A model generated the notes under the pieces. It had not been told where the DNA came from. It made no database searches and was given only the letters and a program-made list of their open reading frames with translations. Positions 34,713-42,873 of a stretch of DNA of 64,000 nt are shown here, in pieces. A program made the position numbers and the translations under genes. The stretch spans positions 119,389 through 183,388 of the forward strand of contig CAMOOO010000003.1 of the NCBI GenBank assembly GCA_946621465.1, read 5' to 3'. The first letter of the stretch is position 1. Every line of letters starts with the position of its first letter. The DNA is from an uncultured Clostridia bacterium. GTDB lineage: Bacteria > Bacillota > Clostridia > Christensenellales > DTU072.

Positions 34713-36374
34713 ATGACTTGTCCAACATGTAAAATTTCCAGATCATTGAAAAAGAACCAACAGGTATCGAACATTTACCGTACCGAGCCATTCGATAACG
34801 GACTATGTAAAACGCCGCCGATGGGCTGGAACAGCTGGAACTATTTTAAGCAGGATATCAATGAAGAAATGCTGCTGAAAATGGCAAAAGCGATCAAAGA
34901 AACAGGGCTTTTGGACGCCGGCTATAACTACCTCAACCTCGACGACTATTGGGAAGCCGACAGACGTGACGAAGAAGGCAGATTGGTCTGCGACAGCGTG
35001 CGTTTTCCGCTCGGCATGAAGAGCTTTGTCGAAAAGTGCAACGATATCGGTTTTAAGGTGGGTTTGTACTCCTGCAACGGTTCGATGACCTGCCAGAGCT
35101 TGCCGGCGAGCCAAGGAAAAGAATTCCACGATGCCCTTCAACTTGTCAGATGGGGCGTAGAGTATCTTAAATATGATTTCTGTTATAATAAGCGTTCCAG
35201 CAGCATGGGTCCGCAGATTTTGGGCATCAGTTTGACCAAAAAAGGCACGGGCAAAGAAGAATATATAGAAGCGAATAAAGCTACCCTTATCGGTCGTGCA
35301 AAACTGCGTAAAGGCGGCAACAACCACCATCCCTGGATGCCCGATGCCGGACAAAAAGTGGAATATATCGACGGATTGGACGCCAACAGAGGGGCGGCGA
35401 ATTTCTGGTTCCAGACGGATGACGAAGGGGACTACATTCTGAGTATCTATACCCGTTATCCCTTTAAATATGCCAACATGAAAAAGGAATTTATGGCGGC
35501 TATTATCGTCAATAACGATCGTCCCATTTTCTTGGAACCCGGACCGTTTAAACTTCCTTGCGCTGTTGCGCCCTTCCGTTTTGATATCAAAATCACACGC
35601 GGAAACAACTTAATTAAAATCTTTAACCCCATCGGAACGGAAGCCGATAGCGTCATGATCAACTACATGACTATGAGCGATGCACTCCTCAGAGCTAAAA
35701 AGAGAGTGGAAGAAGAAACCGGAAAGCCGCAAAAGGACGTCGCGTACTCCCTTTGCTGTTGGGGACACGGTAAACCGTGGGAATGGGGCCCAACCGTATC
35801 CAATCTGTGGCGTACGACGGGAGACATTCAGTGGACGTGGAAAAGTATCATGGACCTCTATGAGAAAAACGTTCCCCTCTACCCCTATGCCTCTCCCGGA
35901 CACTGGAACGATCCGGATATGTTGGAAGTAGGTAACGGAAACCTTACTATCTCCGAAAACAGAGCGCACTTTGCTCTGTGGTGCATGATGGCATCCCCCT
36001 TGCTCCTCGGTAACGATATCGTCAATATGAAGAAAGAACACCTCGCTATCTTAAAGAATAAACGCGTTATCGCCATCGACCAGGATGCTCTTGGTAAGCA
36101 AGCAAAACGTATCGAATCGAACGCTAAATACGACGTCCTCGTTCGTCCTCTCGCTGATGGTTCGATCGCTCTATGCATTCTCAATAAGAGCAAACGCCGT
36201 CTCCATTTTAAATATGATTTAAGCGTTTTAGAGGGTGAATCCTACGTAAAAGGCTACACCAAAAAGTCCTATAAAGTCCAGGAACTATGGAGCGGACTGA
36301 CGTCCGAAGAAGAGAAGTCTTCTATCAATTTCGAGATCGAGTCTCATGATGCTATTATCTGGAAATTGATGTAA
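34713..36374 (+). CDS. GH27-family alpha-galactosidase (or alpha-N-acetylgalactosaminidase), apparently cytoplasmic
   Basis: PPMGWNSWNYF, GVEYLKYDFC, DPDMLEVGN, and C-terminal beta-sandwich-like length. No signal peptide seen. Confidence 0.8.
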   Translation: MTCPTCKISRSLKKNQQVSNIYRTEPFDNGLCKTPPMGWNSWNYFKQDINEEMLLKMAKAIKETGLLDAGYNYLNLDDYWEADRRDEEGRLVCDSVRFPLGMKSFVEKCNDIGFKVGLYSCNGSMTCQSLPASQGKEFHDALQLVRWGVEYLKYDFCYNKRSSSMGPQILGISLTKKGTGKEEYIEANKATLIGRAKLRKGGNNHHPWMPDAGQKVEYIDGLDANRGAANFWFQTDDEGDYILSIYTRYPFKYANMKKEFMAAIIVNNDRPIFLEPGPFKLPCAVAPFRFDIKITRGNNLIKIFNPIGTEADSVMINYMTMSDALLRAKKRVEEETGKPQKDVAYSLCCWGHGKPWEWGPTVSNLWRTTGDIQWTWKSIMDLYEKNVPLYPYASPGHWNDPDMLEVGNGNLTISENRAHFALWCMMASPLLLGNDIVNMKKEHLAILKNKRVIAIDQDALGKQAKRIESNAKYDVLVRPLADGSIALCILNKSKRRLHFKYDLSVLEGESYVKGYTKKSYKVQELWSGLTSEEEKSSINFEIESHDAIIWKLM

Positions 36375-36380
36375 AAGGGG

Positions 36381-36448
36381 CGACCTGTTTTAACGTTTTT
36401 ATCCCCGTTTGCGCATTTTGCAAACGGGGATTTTTTATAAAACAGGTC
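36381..36448 (+). terminator. Nested double-hairpin terminator after the GH27 gene
   Basis: Inner stem ccccgtttgc / gcaaacgggg followed by atttttt. Outer stem cgacctgtttta / taaaacaggtcg encloses it. Confidence 0.8.
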
Positions 36449-36735
36449 GTAAAAAGCGTGTTTTCTTCCGTTTACCATGCATTTTATATTTAAAATATTT
36501 TCTCTCTTTTTTTTCGTTTTTCATAGTTTTTGTTTTAAAAAACCGATCTTCCATTTTTGCCCCTGTTTTTCCCCTTTTTCATCCGTTACGGCAACAGTTT
36601 TCCTTCAATCCTTAAAACAGTCTTATTTATTTGGCGATTATTTCTTTTCCGGTGTCATTTTTGCCGTTTGCGCTCAAATTTATGATACATTTTTTTGCCC
36701 TTTGTACTATATTTAGCCCAAAAAGCGACATGGTA

Positions 36736-36764
36736 TTGACAGAAGCCATGCGCGTACGTACTAT
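36736..36764 (+). promoter_or_regulatory. Promoter ahead of the 36903 locus
   Basis: TTGACA, 17 nt spacer, TACTAT. Followed by about 130 nt containing three small hairpins (gagtag/ctactc, cgcgta/tacgcg, ccctttacgcc/ggcgcaaaggg). Confidence 0.5.
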
Positions 36765-36902
36765 AATAATAGAGTAGCAGTCTACTCAGCTTTTTTATTC
36801 TCACGCGTATGTGTACGCGATGTGTGACTTAAAGCTAGCAGGAGAGTAAATCCCTTTACGCCTCAGTGGCGCAAAGGGCGCAAAGAAAAAAGCAAAGGAA
36901 AA

Positions 36903-37345
36903 ATGAAACAAAGTAGCAGTTTAACTAAATCGATTCTTATCGCTTTGATAGTGGCACTCATCGTGCTTACTGCTGTCTTTGCTTATGTCACAAATGCGAA
37001 CTTCATTCCCAGGTCCGACGTCCCGGCTTTAGTATCGACCACGAACGTTGCTACTCTCGGCGGAAGTACGTCCGGCCAAACTCTCAATAACAATACAACC
37101 TACAAGGTCACGTCCAGTATCACTTGTTCCAACAGTAATGCAGGCGGTAATGGTTTGACCGTAGCCGGCAGTTCCACCGTAGTTATCACGGTATCATCAT
37201 CTTAAAGAACGCCGAGGAGATAGAAGGTATCGGCTTTATTAAGGACGACAACGGACCGGGCTTTATGACCATCCTTATGTTCATTATCGGCGGCGTAGTG
37301 CTGCTGGCACTTATTTTGTTACCCATCCTGGCAAGAAGAAGATAG
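36903..37345 (+). pseudogene. Collapsed, frameshifted surface-protein remnant: N-terminal signal anchor plus C-terminal TM anchor
   Basis: The frame-0 ORF (100 aa, MKQSSSLTKSILIALIVALIVLTAVF...STVVITVSSS*) stops at 37205. A second frame continues ...HGIIILKNAEEIEGIGFIKDDNGPGFMTILMFIIGGVVLLALILLPILARRR* to 37345. That is a hydrophobic C-terminal anchor with a basic tail, like the one on the 45491 protein. Confidence 0.4.
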
Positions 37346-37380
37346 CCTATTTCGCAAGCAGGAACGGACGTTTTATTGAC

Positions 37381-37412
37381 AAAGGGGGGTTGACAAACCC
37401 CTCTTTTTGTTT
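37381..37412 (+). terminator. Terminator after the 36903 locus
   Basis: aaagggggg / cccctcttt stem (one G-U pair) followed by a T-rich tail. The loop is the TTGACA -35 box of the next promoter. Confidence 0.55.
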
Positions 37413-37419
37413 ATATAAT
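37390..37419 (+). promoter_or_regulatory. Promoter of the sugar-oxidation operon
   Basis: TTGACA, 18 nt spacer, TATAAT. Confidence 0.6.
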
Positions 37420-37484
37420 GAATAGGTAAATTTCTATTATATAGTTTACATATTTTTATTTTTTAACAAGGAGAATTGATTACT

Positions 37485-38573
37485 ATGTGTCGTAAGAAGA
37501 AATATGACGGTGAAAGGGTTAAGATCGCCATTGTCGGTTGCGGAGGAATGGGCGGATATCATTTGGGTAGAATGAGCTCCTGCGGAATGTTCGACGTTAT
37601 CGGTATTTTGGATATTGATCCGGCGGTCAAGGCAAAAGCCGACAAAAGAGGCATTCCGTTCTTTGGCGCGGACGAACTTGATAAACTGTTTGCGCTCCCG
37701 GGTTTACAGGCGATTTTGATCGCTACCCCCAACGACGTGCATAAAAAATACGCTATCGCCGCCGCCGAACACGGTTTAGCCGTGCTTTGTGAAAAACCGG
37801 TCACTCTTTGCTGCGCCGATTTGCAGGAGATGTTGGACGCTGCCGAAAAGAACCATACTCTCTTTTCCGTTCACCAAAACCGCCGTTGGGACCACGACTA
37901 CCTTTGCATGAAGAAGATCGTGGAGAACAACATGATCGGTTCCGTCTATAAAATCGAATCGAAAGTGGTCGGATGTAACGGTATCCCCGGTTCCTGGAGG
38001 AAGGTCAAGAGCCAGGGCGGCGGTATGATCTTCGACTGGGGCGTACACCTCATGGACCAGATTCTTTTATTCAACCAAAGCCCCATCACGTCGGTCAAAT
38101 GTAAAACTTCTTACGTATACCAGGAAGAAGTGGATGACGGTTTTGAAACGGAGATTACTTTTGCCGACGGCATGGACGTCACTATCACGATAGAAACCAA
38201 CTGTTTCGTAAAGGTTCCGCGTTGGGTAATCTACGGTATGAACGGCACCGCCGTTATCAATACCTTTAACGACAAGGACGGCAAAGTCATTTCGGTAATT
38301 TCCCGCGAGGATAAGAAGTTGAAGGGAGTTCAGGCCGGGAACGGATTTACCAAGACCATGGCCGATCGTTCCAAGAGTACGATGAAAGTATCCCGTCTGC
38401 CTAAGATCAACGACGACGGATTGGATCTGTACAGGAACTTCTGCCGATGTGTACTTGACAAAACCCCCGAGAAATCCATCATCACCGGAAAGCAACTCAT
38501 GCGCGTTCTGAAACTGATCGAATACAGCTTTGAATCGGCAGAGAAGAACGAAGTTATCAAAACTAATTTTTAA
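37485..38573 (+). CDS. Gfo/Idh/MocA-family NAD(P)-dependent oxidoreductase
   Basis: Rossmann motif KIAIVGCGGMGGYH and LCEKPV. The start is moved to the ATG at 37485, 9 nt after aaggaga. Confidence 0.85.
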   Translation: MCRKKKYDGERVKIAIVGCGGMGGYHLGRMSSCGMFDVIGILDIDPAVKAKADKRGIPFFGADELDKLFALPGLQAILIATPNDVHKKYAIAAAEHGLAVLCEKPVTLCCADLQEMLDAAEKNHTLFSVHQNRRWDHDYLCMKKIVENNMIGSVYKIESKVVGCNGIPGSWRKVKSQGGGMIFDWGVHLMDQILLFNQSPITSVKCKTSYVYQEEVDDGFETEITFADGMDVTITIETNCFVKVPRWVIYGMNGTAVINTFNDKDGKVISVISREDKKLKGVQAGNGFTKTMADRSKSTMKVSRLPKINDDGLDLYRNFCRCVLDKTPEKSIITGKQLMRVLKLIEYSFESAEKNEVIKTNF

Positions 38574-38593
38574 AGGCAAAGGAGAGAAGAAAT

Positions 38594-39676
38594 ATGGATA
38601 AATTGAGAGTGGGTATCGTCGGATTCGGAGGAATCTTTAACGGCGCTCACAAATCGACGTGGAAAAACTCTACCAAAGCGCACATCGTAGCGATCTGCGA
38701 TATCAATCCCGAAAAACTGAAAAAAGCGAAAGGGGAATTCGGTTCCGGAGTGCAATACTTTACCGACTACAAAGAGATGATCGACACCGTTAAACCGGAC
38801 GTCGTGGACATCTGCACGCCCAACTACGTTCATTCCCCCATTGCCTGCTATGCGCTGGATCACGGTTGTCATACCTTCTGCGAAAAGCCCGACTCGATCA
38901 GCGTCGAAGACGTCATCAAAATGAAAGAGGCGCAGGACAGAAGCGGAAAGGTGCTGATGGTCATGCGTAACAATCGACACTTGGGGTCCTCTCAATTATT
39001 AAAAGAGATGATCGCCGCCGGCGAACTAGGAGAGATTTATACCGGCAGATGCGGCTGGATTCGTAAAAGAGGGATCCCGGGGAAGGGCGGTTGGTTCACC
39101 ACAAAGGCACAATCGGGCGGCGGTCCGCTCATTGACTTGGGTGTACATATGATCGACCTTGCTATCTATATGATGGGTAATCCCAGACCGGTTTCCGTTG
39201 TCGGCTCGACCTACTGCAAGTTTGCTAACGATGATAGCGAAAGCGATAGCGTCCACAGCAATTTCGGCGAAAAAGTCGAGGGCGGTACCTTTGACGTTGA
39301 GGATTTGGCTACCGGGTTTATTAAATTCGAGAACGGCGCATCGTTGCAGATCGAATTCAGCTGGGCTTCCAACATCGAGCGCGAGACCCGGTTTGTGGAA
39401 CTGCGCGGCACCAAGAAGGGTGCTAAGTGGCAAGATAGCTTCTTTACGCTGTACGACGGCAAACCCAATAAGAAGTTCAAGGACTGGATGTTGAAACTAA
39501 AACAACTGGGATACGGCGATAAACTGAACGGTCACGGGGGCAATCTGAAACATTTCCTCGACGTTATTCTGAACGGAGCTAAGCCCGATTACGTTATCGA
39601 TCAGGGGATTGATATGATAAAGATCCTCTGCGCCATTTATGAATCGGCAAAAACGGGTAAAGAAGTACAATTATAA
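38594..39676 (+). CDS. Gfo/Idh/MocA-family NAD(P)-dependent oxidoreductase (second copy)
   Basis: RVGIVGFGGIFNGAH and FCEKPD. RBS aaaggagag. Confidence 0.85.
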   Translation: MDKLRVGIVGFGGIFNGAHKSTWKNSTKAHIVAICDINPEKLKKAKGEFGSGVQYFTDYKEMIDTVKPDVVDICTPNYVHSPIACYALDHGCHTFCEKPDSISVEDVIKMKEAQDRSGKVLMVMRNNRHLGSSQLLKEMIAAGELGEIYTGRCGWIRKRGIPGKGGWFTTKAQSGGGPLIDLGVHMIDLAIYMMGNPRPVSVVGSTYCKFANDDSESDSVHSNFGEKVEGGTFDVEDLATGFIKFENGASLQIEFSWASNIERETRFVELRGTKKGAKWQDSFFTLYDGKPNKKFKDWMLKLKQLGYGDKLNGHGGNLKHFLDVILNGAKPDYVIDQGIDMIKILCAIYESAKTGKEVQL

Positions 39677-39690
39677 AAAAGGAGCAACCA

Positions 39691-40491
39691 ATGAAAGTAG
39701 TTATTTTTAACGAGTATACCAAAAATCAATTGCAACCGATCGGCAAAAAAGCGTATAAAAACGGTTTGCACAAGGAGATTGCTACTATCTTTGAAGGAAC
39801 GGAAGTGCAAGTTAAGTTTCTTTCTACGTTAAAAGATCTTTTGGAGCATACCGAAAACGACATCACGGCGCAGTCCCTTGCCGACGTAGACGTCCTCATC
39901 TGGTGGGCGCACTGCAATCACCAGGACGTTCCGGACGAAGTCGTCGACGCTATTATAAAGAGAGTACACGAGGGTATGGGAATTATTTTCTTGCACTCGG
40001 CGCATTTCTCGAAAGTCATCCAAAAACTTCTCGGCACTCCCTGCTCGCTGACCTGGCGTGAATGCGGAGAGGCGGAGAGAATTTGGACGGCGGACCGCGA
40101 CCACCCCATCAGCCAAGGTATCGAACAGGGCTTCCGTCTCCCCCACGAAGAGATGTACGGAGAGCATTTCAATATCCCCAAACCGGACGACGTCATCTTT
40201 ATCGGATGGTATCAGGGCGGCGACGTATTCCGCAGCGGTGTGACTTTCACAAGAGGCGAAGGGCGTATCTTCTATTTCCAACCCGGACACGAAACCTTCC
40301 CCACCTACAAAAACCCCAACATCCGCAAAATCATCTTCAACGCCACTTTGTGGTGCGGTAAAGAAGAAGACAAGATTCAAAAAGTCAATAAAAAATACAA
40401 AGACGCCCCCAACGTCCATCCGTGCGAGCAGGTGCATAAATTGTTCCATGCTGTAGGAAGAGTCAAACAGGGCAAGGAGGTAGATGAATGA
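39691..40491 (+). CDS. ThuA-like (trehalose-utilisation-type) domain protein
   Basis: About 260 aa with VLIWWAHCNHQDV ... GIIFLHSAHFSK ... FYFQPGHETFP, matching my memory of ThuA-domain proteins. Sits between Gfo/Idh/MocA and TIM-barrel genes, as is typical. Confidence 0.65.
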   Translation: MKVVIFNEYTKNQLQPIGKKAYKNGLHKEIATIFEGTEVQVKFLSTLKDLLEHTENDITAQSLADVDVLIWWAHCNHQDVPDEVVDAIIKRVHEGMGIIFLHSAHFSKVIQKLLGTPCSLTWRECGEAERIWTADRDHPISQGIEQGFRLPHEEMYGEHFNIPKPDDVIFIGWYQGGDVFRSGVTFTRGEGRIFYFQPGHETFPTYKNPNIRKIIFNATLWCGKEEDKIQKVNKKYKDAPNVHPCEQVHKLFHAVGRVKQGKEVDE

Positions 40492-41453
40492 AACTGAGTG
40501 TTTTTAATCCTATATTATGCGATAGGTCGCTGGAAGAAGCTATTGTTTATCTGAAAGGTCTTGGCGTAAACGCCATGGAAGTCGGTTGCGGCGGGTTCCC
40601 CGGAACTGCTCACGTCAATGCCAAAGAGGTGGTAAAAGACGAGAAAAAGGTGCAAGCGATAAAAGACCTTTTCGCCAAGTACGACATGGAAATATGCGCG
40701 CTTTCCACCCACGGAAACGCCTTGCATCCCAATAAAGAAATCGCAAAAGGATTCCAAGAAGATTTCGAGGCCGTTTGTAAACTTGCCGGGATGCTGGGGG
40801 TAGAGACCGTTATTACTTTCTCCGGCTGCCCCGGCGACTGGGACGGCGCAAAATACCCCAACTGGGTCACCTGCCCGTGGCCGGACGACTTTTTGGAAAT
40901 TCTGGACTACCAGTGGAAAAAGCTGATCGACTATTGGAAGGAAGCCACCGCCTATGCGGCTTCTTGCGGCGTAAAAAAGATCGCGCTGGAAATGCACCCG
41001 GGCTTCTGCGTATACAATCCGCTGACGCTCATGAAATTGCGTAATGCGGTAGGGGATATGATCGGCGCCAACGTTGACCCGTCCCACCTTATTTGGCAGG
41101 GTATCGACGTTGCGGAGGCCATTCGCTATCTGGGCAAAGCCGTCTATCATTTCCATGCAAAAGATACCCGTATTGATAACCGTAATACGGCGATCAGCGG
41201 CGTGCTGGATACGAGGCACTATTCGGACGAAATCAATCGTGCGTGGGTGTTCCGTACCGTGGGATACGGCAGTAACGATACCGTGTGGAAAGATATCTTC
41301 TCCATGCTGAACCTCATCGGTTATAACGGGCCGGTCAGTATCGAGCATGAGGACAGCGTCATGATCCCGACGGAAGGACTGGAAAAAGCGGTCAGATATC
41401 TCCAGGGACTCATGATCAACAATCCCAAACCGGGGACTATGTCCTGGGCATAA
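40488..41453 (+). CDS. Sugar phosphate isomerase/epimerase (xylose-isomerase-like TIM barrel)
   Basis: ATGA overlap with the ThuA-like gene. IALEMHPG and SIEHED motifs are typical of the AP-endonuclease-2 / xylose isomerase-like fold. Confidence 0.75.
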   Translation: MKLSVFNPILCDRSLEEAIVYLKGLGVNAMEVGCGGFPGTAHVNAKEVVKDEKKVQAIKDLFAKYDMEICALSTHGNALHPNKEIAKGFQEDFEAVCKLAGMLGVETVITFSGCPGDWDGAKYPNWVTCPWPDDFLEILDYQWKKLIDYWKEATAYAASCGVKKIALEMHPGFCVYNPLTLMKLRNAVGDMIGANVDPSHLIWQGIDVAEAIRYLGKAVYHFHAKDTRIDNRNTAISGVLDTRHYSDEINRAWVFRTVGYGSNDTVWKDIFSMLNLIGYNGPVSIEHEDSVMIPTEGLEKAVRYLQGLMINNPKPGTMSWA

Positions 41454-41480
41454 AAACGGTACAAAATTTCAGGATAATAA

Positions 41481-41515
41481 AAAAGCGTCTTTTACCATTT
41501 AAAAGACGCTTTTTT
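41481..41515. terminator. Bidirectional terminator between the sugar operon and tRNA-Gln
   Basis: 13-bp perfect stem aaaagcgtctttt / aaaagacgctttt with A/T runs on both sides. Confidence 0.8.
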
Positions 41516-41517
41516 AA

Positions 41518-41591
41518 TGGCAGGAGTAGTAAGAATCGAACTTACGCCGAAGGAGTCAGAGGCCTTCGTGCTACCATTACACCATACTCCA
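41518..41591 (-). tRNA. tRNA-Gln (anticodon CUG), CCA encoded
   Basis: Hand-folded cloverleaf. Acceptor UGGAGUA/UACUCCU. D stem GUGU/GCAC. Anticodon loop CUCUGAC. T arm GUAAG-UUCGAUU-CUUAC. Discriminator G. 74 nt. Confidence 0.8.
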
Positions 41592-41660
41592 GTACGGTAT
41601 GTATTGTATACTATTCTTTGGGAAAATGCAACTGTTTTTCGCAAAAAACATCGGATGGAT

Positions 41661-41689
41661 TTTACTTTCTTTCCCGATTGTGCTATCAT
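41661..41689 (+). promoter_or_regulatory. mutY promoter (extended -10)
   Basis: TGcTATCAT with a weak -35 (TTTACT). The ATG at 41696 is 7 nt after the hexamer, with no Shine-Dalgarno sequence. Confidence 0.45.
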
Positions 41690-41695
41690 TTTTTT

Positions 41696-42727
41696 ATGGA
41701 CGTTATTTCAAAAGAACTTTTTTCCGTTCTACTTAGCTGGTATGAAGAAAACAAACGCACCTTGCCCTGGCGAGGAACGCCTACGCCTTATGAAGTATGG
41801 GTGTCGGAGATCATGCTCCAGCAAACGCGCGTAGAAACGGTCAAACCCTATTTTACGCGGTGGATGAAAACCTTTCCTACCGTCGAAACGCTTGCGAGCG
41901 CGGAGGAAGAAACCGTCCTTAAACTTTGGGAGGGCCTGGGGTACTACAGCCGCGCAAGGAACTTGTGGAAGGCGGCAAAAATCGTTATGAACGACTACGG
42001 CGGAGAATTGCCCTGCGATAGAGAGTCGCTCCGTAAACTTCCCGGGATAGGCGCCTATACGGCAGGGGCCATTCTCTCCATAGCCTTTGGCGTTGCCGAA
42101 CCGGCGGTGGACGGAAACGTCCTTCGGGTGATCTCCAGATTGACGGCGGAACCCTTTGACATTGCCAAGGACGAAACCAAGAACGCGGTGGCGGACAGAC
42201 TCCGTCCGCTGATGCCCGAAGGGAAAACGTCGGAGTTTACGCAGGCGCTGTTTGAGATCGGCGCGCTGGTATGTTTGCCCGACCGCGACTACCGTTGCGA
42301 GGCCTGTCCGCTGACATCTTTTTGTCAGGCGTATGCGGATAATTGTCAGGATAGGTTCCCGGTTAAACCGGTAAAGGCACCTAAAAAGGTGGAAAAGCGC
42401 ACAGTTTTTGTTTTGCATTACGAAGGAAAGTACGGACTGAGACGGCGCGCGGATAAGGGGCTATTGGCAGGGCTGTACGAGCTGCCGAACGCGGACTTAT
42501 TTTTAAGCGAAGAAGAGGTAAAGGCTCGTTACAAAGGAAGGGTCATCGCCCTTGCTCCGGCAAAGCATATCTTTACACATATCGTTTGGGAGATGGAAGG
42601 GTACTTTGTCGAGCTGGAAGAATTGCCCGACGAGCCGGGACTGTTCTTTGCGACTGCGGAGGAGATAAAGACTGTCTACTCCCTGCCGTCCGCTTTCAAA
42701 GCCTATAAGAGGGAATTAAAAAAATAA
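41696..42727 (+). CDS. mutY: A/G-specific adenine DNA glycosylase MutY
   Basis: WYEENKRTLPWRGTPTPYEVWVSEIMLQQTRVETV, HhH LPGIGAYTAGAI, Fe-S cysteines CLPDRDYRCEACPLTSFC, and a NUDIX-like C-terminus. The start is moved to the ATG at 41696. Confidence 0.9.
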   Translation: MDVISKELFSVLLSWYEENKRTLPWRGTPTPYEVWVSEIMLQQTRVETVKPYFTRWMKTFPTVETLASAEEETVLKLWEGLGYYSRARNLWKAAKIVMNDYGGELPCDRESLRKLPGIGAYTAGAILSIAFGVAEPAVDGNVLRVISRLTAEPFDIAKDETKNAVADRLRPLMPEGKTSEFTQALFEIGALVCLPDRDYRCEACPLTSFCQAYADNCQDRFPVKPVKAPKKVEKRTVFVLHYEGKYGLRRRADKGLLAGLYELPNADLFLSEEEVKARYKGRVIALAPAKHIFTHIVWEMEGYFVELEELPDEPGLFFATAEEIKTVYSLPSAFKAYKRELKK

Positions 42728-42766
42728 TATTTTCGGGCGCAACGGAGCCGCGAAGAAAAACGGTAA

Positions 42767-42795
42767 TTGACAGTCTCTCCAAAACTCGATAGAAT
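42767..42795 (+). promoter_or_regulatory. Promoter of the 42874 metallophosphoesterase gene
   Basis: TTGACA, 17 nt spacer, TAGAAT. Confidence 0.6.
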
Positions 42796-42873
42796 AATAG
42801 TATGTTTACTGCAAGAGGCATGCGGCGAATGCCGCGCCCTTAGGTAAAGTCAGGCATGTATAAGAGGATCATT

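Noticed and set aside
36409-36716. Track ORFs of 68 and 79 aa in the T-rich spacer
   Set aside because: The translations are runs of F/S/L/P/C generated by T-rich DNA. There is no RBS and the two ORFs overlap each other. I treated the region as non-coding (see the T-rich spacer finding).
36450-41517. A genomic island integrated at the 3' end of tRNA-Gln (sugar operon, pseudogene and odd T-rich spacer all lie on the 3' side of the tRNA)
   Set aside because: There is no integrase or recombinase. I could not find a direct repeat of the tRNA 3' end at the far boundary (only a trivial gagtag match near 36772). The promoter, RBS and terminator style is the same as in the rest of the window.
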